NCBI GenBank assembly: GCA_977017575.1
Contig: CDRNVI010000029.1
Coordinates: 558,001-622,000, forward strand
DNA length: 64,000 bases
Origin: Paramoeba atlantica
Taxonomy: Eukaryota; Protista; Discosea
Reading direction: 5' to 3'
Below are positions 22,779 to 34,749 of the stretch, piece after piece (position 1 is the stretch's first letter; every line of letters starts with the position of its first letter). Under the pieces are notes generated by a model. That model made no database searches. It saw only the letters and a list, made by a program, of their open reading frames with translations, and had not been told where the DNA came from. Made by a program: the position numbers and the translations under genes.

Positions 22779-23687
22779 ATGTTATCCCGCAGCGCTCGAA
22801 GACACTTTTCTAGGCTTGTTGTCTTTGGCGGTGGCACGCGCGGCGGTGGGATTGCTCATCTTTCAGCTGCCCACGGAATGGACGTAACGGTCGTTGAGGC
22901 AACACGAAGTCTTTCGGAGCACTGTGAACGAGCCGTACACGAATGCTTACGGAGGACAGCTGAGCAAATGGCAGAGACCAATGTAGTCGGACATGAGGAC
23001 TACGTGGAACGGGTAAATTCAAAGCTCAACTTTACAAGTGAAGGTATAGAGGCCGATCGAGTCACAGAGCAGGCCGATCTTATCATTGAAGCAATTGTGG
23101 AAGATATGGCCAGTAAACGGAAGTTATGGTCCAGGTTAGATGGACTTGCTCCCCCTGAATGCGTATTTGCATCAAATACTACATCATTGTCTGTGCGCTC
23201 GCAAGCGGAGGCCACGAATCGACCTCAACAATTTTTGGGTCTACATTTTTTCCCACCTATAGTGCTTATGAAACTGGTTGAAGTTGTTAAGACTGAACAA
23301 ACCTCCGAGAACGTGTTAAATCAAATTCTAGAATACGTCAAAGATATCGGCAAAGAGGCTGTTCTATGTCGCGACACGAAAGGGTTTATCGTTAACCGAC
23401 TGCTAGTGCCTCTAATCCTTGAAGCAGCCCGTATGGTTGAGCGTGGTGACGCTACTAAGGAAGATGTGGATCGGGCTATGAGACTAGGCGCCGGTCATCC
23501 ATTGGGACCCTTTGCGTTGTGCGACAACATAGGTGTGGATGTAATTTCCAATATTAACAAAGCGTGGCATCAAGAAAGCCCAGGCGAAAGTTTGTTTAAA
23601 GTTGTTTCACTCATTCAAGACACTGCTTCTGAAGGAAAATGGGGCAAAAAGTCAGGAGAGGGTTTCTACAAATACGTTAAAAAATAG
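22779..23687 (+). CDS. HADH: Short-chain 3-hydroxyacyl-CoA dehydrogenase
   Basis: GGGTRGGGIA Rossmann loop, IEAIVE, FASNTTSL, GLHFF.P, GFIVNRLL, GAGHPLGPF, G.KSGEGFY. Confidence 0.93.
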   Translation: MLSRSARRHFSRLVVFGGGTRGGGIAHLSAAHGMDVTVVEATRSLSEHCERAVHECLRRTAEQMAETNVVGHEDYVERVNSKLNFTSEGIEADRVTEQADLIIEAIVEDMASKRKLWSRLDGLAPPECVFASNTTSLSVRSQAEATNRPQQFLGLHFFPPIVLMKLVEVVKTEQTSENVLNQILEYVKDIGKEAVLCRDTKGFIVNRLLVPLILEAARMVERGDATKEDVDRAMRLGAGHPLGPFALCDNIGVDVISNINKAWHQESPGESLFKVVSLIQDTASEGKWGKKSGEGFYKYVKK

Positions 23688-24086
23688 AAGGCTATGTCGC
23701 GTAATGCTAAATCTTAAGTTGACTTGGGTTTGCTGTCAGAGAATTTCGGTATTTTAATAATCGGAAACATGATCATGCCTCATATTCGTGACGTTTCCGT
23801 TGAAATTCGTCACTATGACTTTGTGCATAAAGTTCTCCTGGAGAAATCGGAATGCAATTGCACTTCATACAGTTGACACCCCTGTATATTCTTTCTTTAG
23901 GTATGTACTTTAGGTATACTTTATATACAGTTTAAGTATACAGTACTATATAAAAATTCTAATCTATATAAGTTTAAAATGAAATATTTTCTTGATTCCA
24001 TTGTGACTGCGGTATCAACTCTGTTTTCGTGCGCGCTCTATGATACTGATTTACTCCAACCAATGCACAGCTAATTCTTTTTTGTG

Positions 24087-25454
24087 ATGTCTTCCTACAC
24101 TCTGGAGACATTTGCGGAGGAAGCCAATTTATTGCAAGAAGTCGATGTAAAGACACATGAAGGTGAGGAGCCGCACGACATCCAATTACTTTCAGAGAAG
24201 CAAAAGCAAGAAGTGAAATCCTTCCTCAGCCTGCAAACTAGCAAGCGCGACGACGATAATTGTTTAGTGATGTCAAACGCACTCATAAGTGGATGTTTTA
24301 AAGCTTTGCGACCACTTCTTCCTTCTGAGGACATTGATGAGAAGGTAGAAGCACAGTTACGCAAACTTGGGTACAAGCATGAGAAATCAAGACATTGTAA
24401 AGATCTTTCCATTAATGTAGAAGAGGTTCAACCTTATGCCGAACGAATGAGAGGAATGCGAGAACAGACGAATTTAAGTTTGTTTCAAAAGCAACATGCG
24501 GCATATTTTTCAGAAATTCTATCCAGCGATTATGGAGTGAGCCACCGAGCTCATGTAAATTCCATCTACGGTCATCTATATCATAAACACTTGCACGAGC
24601 GAGCTGGATCAAGAAAATTTAACGACACGAGCTCCACGAACCATATTATGGATCTCGAATTTTGGATTTACCGTCCTCTTGATTACGGATACCCAAGCTC
24701 CAAGTTACTGATTCCAGCAGAAGCGCCACTATGTCATGTAACAAACATGCACTGTAACAATGCTGAACTACCACTGCCAATTATTCAGAAAATGACTCGT
24801 ACAAAAAGACTGGATGAACATGATATGGACAAGCATTGTGTTTTAGAAGAGCTTTGTGGGTGTGGGGTCGGGATTGATCCAATAAAAATTGTGTTTCTCA
24901 GTGGCATATACTATACGTGTCCTTTTCCTCCAAGCTCAGCGTCCTATAAGTATATTCAAGAGGCAGAAAAGGCTTATGAAGCCCCTTCGGATGGCATTCC
25001 AAAGGCTCCACAGGAACTTCGAATACGGAGTCTGCACACACCGCTCTATGACGTTCCGATAACAATGCACACTAGAGGTTGTTATATTCATCTTGCAGGA
25101 ACTTGTGAGCATACTTTTATGATAGTGGACGTCATCCGCCAGCGTTTGAATCGATCTCGCTCCGATGGTCTACCCGCTCATGGTACTGAATTCTTTCGTT
25201 CAAAGGCTCAACCTATACTGTGCGCCGCTTGTACCCAATTGCCCGCTGTAGTGGCCCATTATTTCGATATTCGCTTGCCGCATCATCCGACCTTACTGTG
25301 TTATTTTTGTGATAGAGCTTATGAAGCAGCAACTCTCTCCCCTGTAGATATACAGGGCGATAGATTAAGTCCCAGCACTGTATTGCGTTTACCTCCAGGA
25401 GAGTTCTTTGAAAAAACAGTGCAAAACTTTCCACTGGGAAACGTAAAAGTTTAG
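24087..25454 (+). CDS. SNAP50: snRNA-activating complex subunit SNAP50/SNAPC3
   Basis: Y.H.G.CEH motif plus C-terminal CxxC...D...P..P...CxxC zinc domain. Confidence 0.75.
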   Translation: MSSYTLETFAEEANLLQEVDVKTHEGEEPHDIQLLSEKQKQEVKSFLSLQTSKRDDDNCLVMSNALISGCFKALRPLLPSEDIDEKVEAQLRKLGYKHEKSRHCKDLSINVEEVQPYAERMRGMREQTNLSLFQKQHAAYFSEILSSDYGVSHRAHVNSIYGHLYHKHLHERAGSRKFNDTSSTNHIMDLEFWIYRPLDYGYPSSKLLIPAEAPLCHVTNMHCNNAELPLPIIQKMTRTKRLDEHDMDKHCVLEELCGCGVGIDPIKIVFLSGIYYTCPFPPSSASYKYIQEAEKAYEAPSDGIPKAPQELRIRSLHTPLYDVPITMHTRGCYIHLAGTCEHTFMIVDVIRQRLNRSRSDGLPAHGTEFFRSKAQPILCAACTQLPAVVAHYFDIRLPHHPTLLCYFCDRAYEAATLSPVDIQGDRLSPSTVLRLPPGEFFEKTVQNFPLGNVKV

Positions 25455-25896
25455 GAAATTCATATAATATACTAATAAGGAAAGAACAGCTGCAACGTTT
25501 TTGACGTTCAAGAATACTAAACTGCTTTATTTTATTGAGATTTACCCGTATTTTATTGGGATTTATATGCTGCATAAAGCTTTTTAAACCCTATATACGA
25601 AAGCAATATAAGAATAGGAACCCTAGCATTTATGCTACAAACCAGGGAAGCTCTTGTGGTTCTTAGAAGCGTTATCGCGCCGCACGGCTATCACCTACCA
25701 GGCCAACACCAGAAGCATAGTCCGTACGAATACCCTCCGAAGTCGACCGAATAACTACAGCAAACATCGTATTCTATCCACCTACAGCATACATCGTATG
25801 CCATTATAATGTTCTTTGTCAGTTTCTATGTCTACCAGCTACTATCTTCATAGTCTATCATAGACTATATTTTTTTATGTATTATACGTTGATTGC

Positions 25897-26325
25897 ATGC
25901 CTACTTTGCGTTACGCCGGCAAAAGCGGGATTTCCGGTTTCACAAATCTTATAGATGGGAGCTATGGACTACAAAAATCGTCTTTTCTGGTTATCTCAAC
26001 TGCCATTGGATTTCGTGCTTCACATTTTGCGAAATGTCAAATTAGCACTTCCGTAACTGCCTTGAATCTTTTCGCTACTGCTCGACGCCATCACTGCCCG
26101 TCACGCTCGCGAAAGCCAATCGTGTGGCTTCGGCGAAAACCTTGGTTCAGTAGAAAGTGGAGCATTGAGGCTTCGATCCCTCGGAAAGGCCCACCAACGC
26201 GAACGTTTCCCGATGGCATTCCCATAGTGCGTATTCGCAAGTTCAAGGACTTTTCTGGTCGTGCGTGGAAAATCAATACAGGACGCAGGAAACGCGTCCG
26301 CATACGTAGGAAAAGTAAAAAGTAG
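25897..26325 (+). CDS. Hypothetical basic protein, possibly mitochondrial ribosomal
   Basis: 142 aa, ATG start, very basic W/R-rich C-terminal half, on the gene strand. Confidence 0.5.
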   Translation: MPTLRYAGKSGISGFTNLIDGSYGLQKSSFLVISTAIGFRASHFAKCQISTSVTALNLFATARRHHCPSRSRKPIVWLRRKPWFSRKWSIEASIPRKGPPTRTFPDGIPIVRIRKFKDFSGRAWKINTGRRKRVRIRRKSKK

Positions 26326-26498
26326 TAAATCATCTCCTTGTAGCCCCATTGACATTTTATGACAAGCAAACAGGGATTTCGTACCTGTTTTCTAGCCTTC
26401 AATGTTACACCTTTTCCTATGAAACACACCCTCCTTTTATTGCTCTCCTCTCATAAATCACCTTTTTTTCAACTCACCTTTCTAACCTCCCCCACCCC

Positions 26499-27077
26499 AT
26501 GGTAAAAGTAGCGGAGCGCCCCAAAGTGTTTGGCAAGTGGTCCACGGATGAGGTCAAAACCGCCGATCTCTCCCTGCAGGATTACATCAACCTTCGCCCC
26601 ATCTTCGTCCCCCACTCCGCGGGGCGGTGGAACAAGAAGCGGTTCCGCAAGGCGCAGTGCCCCATTCTCGAGCGTCTCACCAACTCCATGATGTTCACCC
26701 ACTACAACAACGGCAACAAGCTGCGCGCGGTGAACATTGTCAAAAACACGCTGGACATCATCCACCTGGTGACGGATGAGAACCCGGTGCAGGTGGTGGT
26801 GAATGCGGTGTCGAATGCGGGCCCCCGGGAGGACAGCACGCGGGTGGGGACCGCGGGGATTGTGCGGCGCCAGGCCGTCGATGTCGCCCCGATGCGCCGC
26901 GTGAACGAGGCGATCTACCTGATGTGTAAAGGGGCGCGTGAGGCGAGCTTCCGGACGATAAAATCCGTCGCGGAGTGCCTCGCGGATGAGTTGGTGAATG
27001 CCGCAAAAGGGTCGTCGAACTCGTACGCGATCAAGAAGAAGGATGAGATTGAGCGTGTGGCGAAGGCGAACCGTTAA
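26499..27077 (+). CDS. RPS5: 40S ribosomal protein S5 (uS7)
   Basis: [58 protein letters not shown]. Confidence 0.98.
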   Translation: MVKVAERPKVFGKWSTDEVKTADLSLQDYINLRPIFVPHSAGRWNKKRFRKAQCPILERLTNSMMFTHYNNGNKLRAVNIVKNTLDIIHLVTDENPVQVVVNAVSNAGPREDSTRVGTAGIVRRQAVDVAPMRRVNEAIYLMCKGAREASFRTIKSVAECLADELVNAAKGSSNSYAIKKKDEIERVAKANR

Positions 27078-27354
27078 AAAATGGAGTGTTGGGGAAACAA
27101 GGGAAAGTTTTTGAGGGAGAAGCGTGAAGCGGTGTCAATAAGTAATGTGGTTTGTTGTGTGTGATTTCAAGATATGGAAGTAGATTGCTTTTGTATTTCA
27201 TGTGTTACGTTTTGATTCATTGTAAAATAGATTAAGCGCCAAATACTATCTAGTTCTTCAATTAATTTATTACTGAACTCCTATATGAGTATATTTTATT
27301 GGTGGAAGTTCACGTGGATAGTAAGCATATTGGATTAGTCTGTTTAGGAAACCC

Positions 27355-27948
27355 ATGTCAGGCACAGCGTCTTATCAAGAGTATGAGAGAGAATCAGGTT
27401 ACGTTGAATTGCCTCCGGCGTTGCTTGTCTTCCTTGAAAGCAAGTCCTATTCACGCTTAGCAATGACTTGGAGCGTTGTATTTAGCATATACTTTATAAC
27501 ACATATCATGGGTTACAGCGCAATTCTTCTTTTATGCCGCTTAATACAGGGATTACTTCTGGCTCTACTCACAGCAAAGCTATTAGGCCATAGTATTCAC
27601 TACTCGGAAGCATTTCTTCGTGAACATACACGGCGACTGCTCCGAAAAGTGGAAACAGTAATTGTCAAGCAGCTGGGCTCCGAACGTGCATGCTCTGTTG
27701 CGCGGGGAGAGAATATGACGGATTGGTTTTCTGCGTTTTTTACCGTTACTGGAATAGGTTTTCTTGCTGTCTGGTTCGCGACTCCTACCGTTCTCTTCTT
27801 AGCATCGTCTTTTGCACTAGTCTATGAAGAAAAGCGCGATCTTTTACAACCGTTTGTGACGCAAATACGGACATGGACTCACGACACAATCGGAAGAGCT
27901 ACAAAGGTTCTTCCTTCCGCTCACAAAATGAAAAAGAAAAAGCATTAG
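27355..27948 (+). CDS. Reticulon-like ER membrane protein
   Basis: Two long hydrophobic hairpins, VYEEK..ID-like motif (VYEEKRD), KKKKH ER-retrieval-like C-terminus. Confidence 0.55.
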   Translation: MSGTASYQEYERESGYVELPPALLVFLESKSYSRLAMTWSVVFSIYFITHIMGYSAILLLCRLIQGLLLALLTAKLLGHSIHYSEAFLREHTRRLLRKVETVIVKQLGSERACSVARGENMTDWFSAFFTVTGIGFLAVWFATPTVLFLASSFALVYEEKRDLLQPFVTQIRTWTHDTIGRATKVLPSAHKMKKKKH

Positions 27949-28006
27949 GTGGGATTGACGGTAGGTAGCAGTGCAACGGGAATGTTGTTGGTATTATGTA
28001 CTTTTC

Positions 28007-28075
28007 GCTGACACTGTGGTTATAGCGCTGACACTATTATAACTGTGGTTATAACGCTGGCACTGTGGTTATATA
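28007..28075. repeat. Degenerate ~20-bp tandem repeat (cgctgacactgtggttata)
   Basis: Three to four imperfect units. Confidence 0.7.
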
Positions 28076-28565
28076 CATATTGCATATCGGAATCAAGCAC
28101 GTTTGGTGTTCGTTCCCTTTAAAATTAGATCGAGTTTGTTCGTAAGGTTAATATTGCTCAAGTAGATAGAACTGAATTAGGAGTTGTTGTGTAAGCCTAT
28201 GTAGTTAATTTGTTTATAGCAGCTTGATTGAATTCGTTGCTGGGCGAATAGTGCGATACGAATCTTGTATTCGTATTTTGTGCAACGGACAATGCATTTT
28301 TTTAGTTTGAAGCTTTCGTCGATGAATCTGCAACATTCATTATTTTTACAGCGGACTACAGCTTTAGCACATGCAAATATTGTGCATCTTGTTAATAATT
28401 TTTTTGGCGAGTGTGGTCGATATTTTTTATGGAAACATGTGAAATGCAACACACTTCATTATAGTAACAACACTGAATGCAACAATTCGTTACTTTTGAA
28501 TCAGCCACTTGGAAAGTGCAGATAGCTTGCAAAGATGTGACTTTTCATTTTACGTATATTCACAC

Positions 28566-29540
28566 ATGGGTGATGCATCCACCGGCTTCGTTCGAGAGAA
28601 GCTTCTGTTTTCTGAATCTTATCGTCAATGGTTGTTGCAGTGCTTTGGTCATAAGCAAAAGACTGATAGCAAATACAGCGCTGTTGAACGGAGGTGTGAA
28701 TGTCAAAAATGCGGTCGGCGGCGCTCGCTTTACTGCTACGATTGTCTCGTGCCTACGAGTCGTCTGCGAAACATAATGCCTTCCGACGGCACCCCGCTAC
28801 CTTTGAAGATTCATCTTGTTTTGCACCCTCAAGAAAAAAGAAGCAAGGCTACTTCGTTGCAATGCCCCATTTTATGTCGCCCGGAGGATGTCACGCTTCA
28901 GGTTTATCCGAGGCTGCCACCATGTGTGTACGATGATCCTGACAGAACACTCCTAGTTTACCCTACCCCAACGGCCCGTTCGCTAAATGCTATTTATGAT
29001 CTTGGTCGCTTTAAGCATGCGGTCTTCATTGACAGCACATGGAAGCAAAGCGGTAGCATACTACGAGAAGCTACTGTGCTGCATGAACTACCTCACCAAG
29101 TGTACTTACAGCAATACAACACAAAATTTTGGCGTTTTCAGGACAAAGGGGAAACATTTCTTGCTACAATTGAAGCCATATACTATTTTTTAAGAGAATA
29201 TCACACTATTCGAATGCTATCACCGTGGAGTAGCGCTCTAGAAAACCATTATTATGATGGTCGCTATGATGATCTTTTGGTGTTGTTTGTTCACCAATAT
29301 TGCAAAATACAGTTTCATTATCGAATGCCTGGCGTGAAACGTACTTTTACTCGACGTCATCGGTTGGGTGACTCCTACATTCAAATGTCAAATGATATTT
29401 TTGATAGTGAAGAGGATTTCAATAGAAAGAGTTTTAAGCCGTCTGTAGGAATGAAAATACGAATTGGTTTCCTATGTAAAAACTTAAAAACGTTTTACAA
29501 ATATTGCTTCACCTGCCATACCCTTCGTATTAAACAATAA
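28566..29540 (+). CDS. DTWD1: DTW-domain tRNA-uridine aminocarboxypropyltransferase
   Basis: C..C....SLYCYDC, HPQEKRSKAT, FIDSTWKQS, TKFWRFQ, LATIEAIYYF; ATG at 28566. Confidence 0.88.
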   Translation: MGDASTGFVREKLLFSESYRQWLLQCFGHKQKTDSKYSAVERRCECQKCGRRRSLYCYDCLVPTSRLRNIMPSDGTPLPLKIHLVLHPQEKRSKATSLQCPILCRPEDVTLQVYPRLPPCVYDDPDRTLLVYPTPTARSLNAIYDLGRFKHAVFIDSTWKQSGSILREATVLHELPHQVYLQQYNTKFWRFQDKGETFLATIEAIYYFLREYHTIRMLSPWSSALENHYYDGRYDDLLVLFVHQYCKIQFHYRMPGVKRTFTRRHRLGDSYIQMSNDIFDSEEDFNRKSFKPSVGMKIRIGFLCKNLKTFYKYCFTCHTLRIKQ

Positions 29541-29817
29541 AAATTAGAAGACTTTAGCCAACTTTTTGCGCATCCCATATGTAGTATTATTTTTTTTCGT
29601 CTAAAGGTCAGCCAAGACCATGGTTTACGTCCGTTTTGCGTTCCGTTTCTCCGGTGATAATCAGTCCGGGTTACCTTTTTAGCTACATGTACACATTCAT
29701 TCCTCCCAGGAATTGTCTATGAGTCAAAAAAATCAGTAAGGATACAACTCCAGCTAATTTTTATAGAATTGTATTTATATTGTGGGCGTTTTGTGGCAGC
29801 CTCTTTTATAGTGCGGT

Positions 29818-30993
29818 ATGAAACGTTTAACCGAAGTATTCCTTCAACAAAACTACCTTTTGCAAGTCGCTTTGCGAAGCGCACACCTTCCGGGAAAGTC
29901 TAGAAAGGTTGACTTCCACGACGTCAACGAGATCAAGGGGTACACATCAGCATTTATGGCGAATAAAAACAGTGTTGCGATCGACGGCGAAGTATGGCAT
30001 GAGGCCATCACGATTGATTATCGACGTGGCATCGCTCTACTAGACCAGGGAGATGTTCTAAGTGCGAGACAAGCTTTTCTGGAACAATCGCGCGTAAATG
30101 ATAACATGGCAAAAAACATTTGGAAGTGCGATACGCCCCACGAGGGACAATTGTCAACAATGTTTCATATCACGCGTCACTGCTGGAATTTTATATATCG
30201 CATTGAGAGTAAACTTAACGAAACCTTCTTTAATCTTCCTGATGAAATTGAAGCTGCGGAGCCTCATTTTGCTCTAGTTTATCATGGAATCGTACGCTAC
30301 ACAATGTTGCATTGGCCAAGATTACTCAATATTTGGCGTCGAATTCGAGAGCTTGGAAATAGAAGATTGCTACTTCCCCAAAATTCAAAGATAGACAAGT
30401 TCTGCATTGTCGACGCTGGTGTAGCCGCGGGTGGAAGCACAGTTTTAATGGCAGTGGCTTCACATCTTTATTTGGGTAAGTGGGAAGATCTGAAAGGTGT
30501 CCCTCCAAAGGTTTTGGCATTTGACACTTTTAGGGGAATGCCTCCTGTTGGAAATATGGACTACCGTTGCTTCGACAAGGCAACTGCGCAGTCGTTGGGC
30601 TGGGGTGAGGGTACTTGCTCTTCTGGGGGGTCGACGGAGATTGTTACGAAACTTGCTACTCAATACAATGTGAACTACCTTGTGGATTGCATTTCTGGGG
30701 ATTTTAGTGATACATTACCTGCGTATTTCACTTCTGCCTCGGAGCCTCGTAACGTTATCTTCGCTCATCTGGACAGTGACTGGTACGACAGTACAAGACT
30801 GGCCTTGCGGTACGTCTACCCTGCTGTCATTAACAATGTGGGGGAAGCACAAATCGACGACTACAACTATTGGAATGGAAGCAGAAGAGCCGTTGATGAA
30901 TACTTCGCCCTGTCAACTAAGAATTACAACAACAATATTCTCAAGAAAGTGCCGTACGATGATAACGCACGTTGGATCACCAAACAAAAGTAA
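29818..30993 (+). CDS. TylF/MycF-family O-methyltransferase with N-terminal extension
   Basis: DAGVAAGGS, FDTFRGMP, HLDSDWYDST, IDDY.YW.GSRRAVDEY. Confidence 0.85.
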   Translation: MKRLTEVFLQQNYLLQVALRSAHLPGKSRKVDFHDVNEIKGYTSAFMANKNSVAIDGEVWHEAITIDYRRGIALLDQGDVLSARQAFLEQSRVNDNMAKNIWKCDTPHEGQLSTMFHITRHCWNFIYRIESKLNETFFNLPDEIEAAEPHFALVYHGIVRYTMLHWPRLLNIWRRIRELGNRRLLLPQNSKIDKFCIVDAGVAAGGSTVLMAVASHLYLGKWEDLKGVPPKVLAFDTFRGMPPVGNMDYRCFDKATAQSLGWGEGTCSSGGSTEIVTKLATQYNVNYLVDCISGDFSDTLPAYFTSASEPRNVIFAHLDSDWYDSTRLALRYVYPAVINNVGEAQIDDYNYWNGSRRAVDEYFALSTKNYNNNILKKVPYDDNARWITKQK

Positions 30994-31477
30994 TCAGTCT
31001 ACGCAAAAGTAAACAACTGAAATCGTCTACTACTCAGAGGGTTGAAACCTGTCCTGTTTTCTTAGGTTTTGCCAGGACGCTTGGTAATTGCTCTAGTTTT
31101 ATTTTTTTTCTTCTCTCTTTCTTCTGATGAAATTTTGCGTATTCCAAAATGCATGCGGATTTTTATTGTGCTGCGGGTTATTATTCCGAAACAGCGCGAA
31201 ACACCGCGAAACAGCGCTTTACGTCATACGCAGCCCCTCATGTAAAAGGCAAACGTTACACGACTGATAGTTCATATCCCACACAACATAACCAGTCAGA
31301 ATAAACAGACATTATTTTAGTCGCTTCGCTACTAACGGTTAAACGCGCTGGTTGTTTTCAACTTAGAAGTCACTCAGGTGAAAGTCAAGCCTTATTTCGC
31401 AAAAAGAGGAATTTTTTCTATGTGGTCATTCGGTCATACTTCCAAAGTATTTCTTATGATAATTTTCGCATATAGTG

Positions 31478-31585
31478 TACCCCCCCTAGTTATCTGTCAA
31501 CCCCCCACTCACCCCCTAGTTATCTGTCGCTTTTCGCCCATTCGATATTTTGTTTCGTCGACCCCCCTAGTTATCTGTCGCCATT
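31478..31585. repeat. MITE-like remnant with three CCCCTAGTTATCTGTC motifs
   Basis: Three exact copies; related to 2100-2262. Confidence 0.65.
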
Positions 31586-33662
31586 TTTCAAAAAAATGAA
31601 AAATCTAAAACATAATACATACTATGTTGTTCTGAGAACTGTTCTTTGTTCTCAGAACACCGAGAACACCATTCTATGAACCCAGTTTACTTGAAAGGTT
31701 TCGATGAGCTTTGAAAAATAAATCATCCAGCGAGCCGTTGTTGCATCGACTGCAGCGTAGAAAATACGCTTCCTATGGGCGGATCTGGAGAACATGATCC
31801 AGTCCCAGTGATTTTTATTACCAGAAAGCAGGCGACGCATGCCATCCTGTATGAACGACCGACATGCGAAAGCTTCATCCGAGTCATTAATTTCACCGAG
31901 AAGACTTTGTTGCTTCGAAATGTGACTTGTTGCTAGTTCCAATATGTCGTATTCATGTCGCAAGTAACCGGCGAATTGATACTGTTTTCTTACAGAGACA
32001 ATATCAACACGATTGGCCGCAAGTGCCCAATTATCAGCGATACACAGAGTACTATCAGTGAGGTGGCAGTGTCTGTCAGGGAAGACACAATCACATTTGG
32101 TGACCATAAGTAATCTCTTCTCCAAGCTAGCATTGTTGGCTCCTCAAGTTTGATGTTCATGCGTTCGTTGGCGCAGAGATACAGCCCTTGATGCGACAGC
32201 CGATATCATCGGCTCAATCCGTAATGACGGATGTCGCACCAAGTATATTAATCATGCAGTTGTACTGCAGAGATTAGCCCTGGACAAGTGAGCACGCCCA
32301 AAACGTGCTGCTTGTTCGGGTTTGCCGTTTCACTGAAAGCTGTGCACCTCCCACGTAGGGTTCTCGCGGTGCTGATATATTACGAAGCTTCCCCTGATAG
32401 CGCGCTGGGCCATTGTTTCCCTACATTCGGAGGCAAGGCTCTTGTCTCCTCCGAAAAGAGAGTTCAACGCGCGAGTGGTGGAGTTAAGCTTTCCTCTTGC
32501 ACCCACCTCAAAAACCAGTAAAAATGTAGATGGATTGATCAGCTTTCTCTGATTATAGATAAACGAATACTTTTGAACCTTCCGCTCATGAGCATCAGCA
32601 AAGTTTTCTTCCCATGGTGAGGTCAACTCGATGATGAATTCCGCCCCATTGTGCAACTTTAACCACCCGTCTGGTCTCAATTCAGTTTCTTGCGAGAGCC
32701 AGGCGGGAGGGTTTCTGTATTGTTGCAAGTCGAAGTGTAAGTGGGCCGTGTGGGGAGATGAGGACATGGCTTCCGCGAGTGTCGAAAGGGTGAGGTCGTG
32801 CCGGTAGTTGTATCTCCCTTGGCTTAGAGCTACCGAGCATCCCGTTAATATATGACGTGGTGTCTGCATGGCTTCTCGGCAAATTGGGCACTTTGCATCC
32901 GTGTGGGTGGATATACCCCATCGACGGAGGGACGCACGGGTCGGTAGAGGGGTTTGAGTCAATACGGATGCCGCGAAACGCGAGAGAGAAGGGCTCTTGA
33001 TATTGCATAGGGCAGACGCAAACTCTTTTGCTAACTCGCCTTCAGTGGCCATTTGAAACCATTGGCAGGCGATCGTAGTTCGTCGCTGCACAGACGCGGC
33101 GAGGAAACGCTCGTACTCGTCATTTACTGTCTGCCGTAACCGTCTTGGGCCGTCACGATTCTCGTAGAGCTGAACAGCTGGGCGGATGCGTCCGGATGAT
33201 CTCCTGTTTTGCTCGGTGGCAATCCTCTGTCTCAAAGCTTGCAAAACGGCGGGGTCGCGCGATCGATTCATTTGGGAAATAGCTGACGCAGTGCACTGCA
33301 GCCACAGCTTCGTTATACTGGTTATGCTCCATCCGCGTTCTGAGTAAATGAGCTCGCTTGTGGCGGTTTTCGCAATATTGAGCCACTTCCGTATACGTGT
33401 TGTCACTAGTTTTTGTAGACGGAGAACGAAGTTAAAGGTTAATCCAGGATTTACTGTGAGAACATAGCGCAGTCTGGAAATAATAGCATTATTATAAATA
33501 TATATGGTTATATCCACAGTCGTGCTGGTTGTTCGTGCGCACTTTCCGATATGTTATCCAACCACGTTCTCAATTTCGAGCGCAGAGATGAAAATAGAGT
33601 TTTGCCTTGCTGTGCTCCGGGTGCGAGAGTCATCCCCAAGAAGCAGCTACCCTTATCACATG

Positions 33663-34453
33663 CAGTAGTGTTCAGCCTCTTTTACCCCCCCCTACAGGTC
33701 TTGTAATTTGTCCGATTTTGGAAATATTTTGTATGGGACTGTTTTTTGACCCAATCGTTCCGAATCCGAGGTCCTTTTCACTCGTGGACACCTGTATCAT
33801 ACCTAAACCGGAAAAAAACTGCAAAAAAAAGTCGATGTTTTTTTCACAGTGCATTTTTTTAAAATTGGTACATTTATTTGTGATTCATGACGAAGAGGCA
33901 CCGCCCCCTGTGTTTACCTTCCTCCCGCGTGCGCCCCGAAATGCGCACGGCACTCGCAATCGATTACGAGCGACTTAAGTCCTATAAGGCAGTCGCAAAA
34001 CTCCAGCGATGTCTCGCCGCGTAAAGGATGTGCTGAAACCCCGAAACAGGACTCAACTTCGGGAGTCCATCATTGAACGTTTCGTTTTTTTCCGAAGATC
34101 AACCGGAAACGTTTAAGAATATCTTCCGGAACTATCGTAAACATTTACTTTTGGTCAAGGAGGCCAAAGGGCATATGACTAAATACTAGAGATTACTTTG
34201 TACTCTTTTTCCACGTCTTCTGACCTACTTTACTACTCATATTCATCCGGAAAATTCGAAAAAATGCCCCGAAAAAAGTCGCAATTAGCTTTTTTGACCC
34301 CTACCTGGCTAGGGGGGGGTAGGGGGTCGCTCGAGTGAAAAGGACCTCGGATTCGGAACGATTGGGTCGAAAAACGGTGTTATACCAAATATTTCCAAAA
34401 TTGGACAAAATACAAGACCTGTAGGGAGGGGTAAAAGAGGCTAAACACCACTG
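33663..34453. mobile_element. MITE family A copy 2, inverted, inserted in the HERO RT
   Basis: CAGTAGTG...CACCACTG|TA; removing it restores the frame IPHICDKGSCFLG. Confidence 0.9.
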
Positions 34454-34749
34454 TATGTGAGGAATCGGTTGTCCACAAGCCATAATACGGGGGCGATGGG
34501 TCATATATCCTCCCTCATGTACTGCCATGTGTTGCGTCCGACATTTCTTGACATTTAGCTGAAGACCCATGATGCCTAATGCCTTTATCAGGGCATTTGT
34601 TACTTGTTGCATTTCTCCTGGGGTATTGGTCATAATTGTTACATCGTCTGCGAATGCTTTGAGGAAAGATTGAGTGTCATTCCACACTATGCCAAGTAGT
34701 TTTATCATGCACTTATAGTGCAGAGATTTACTCATCATGTCCTTATCCC

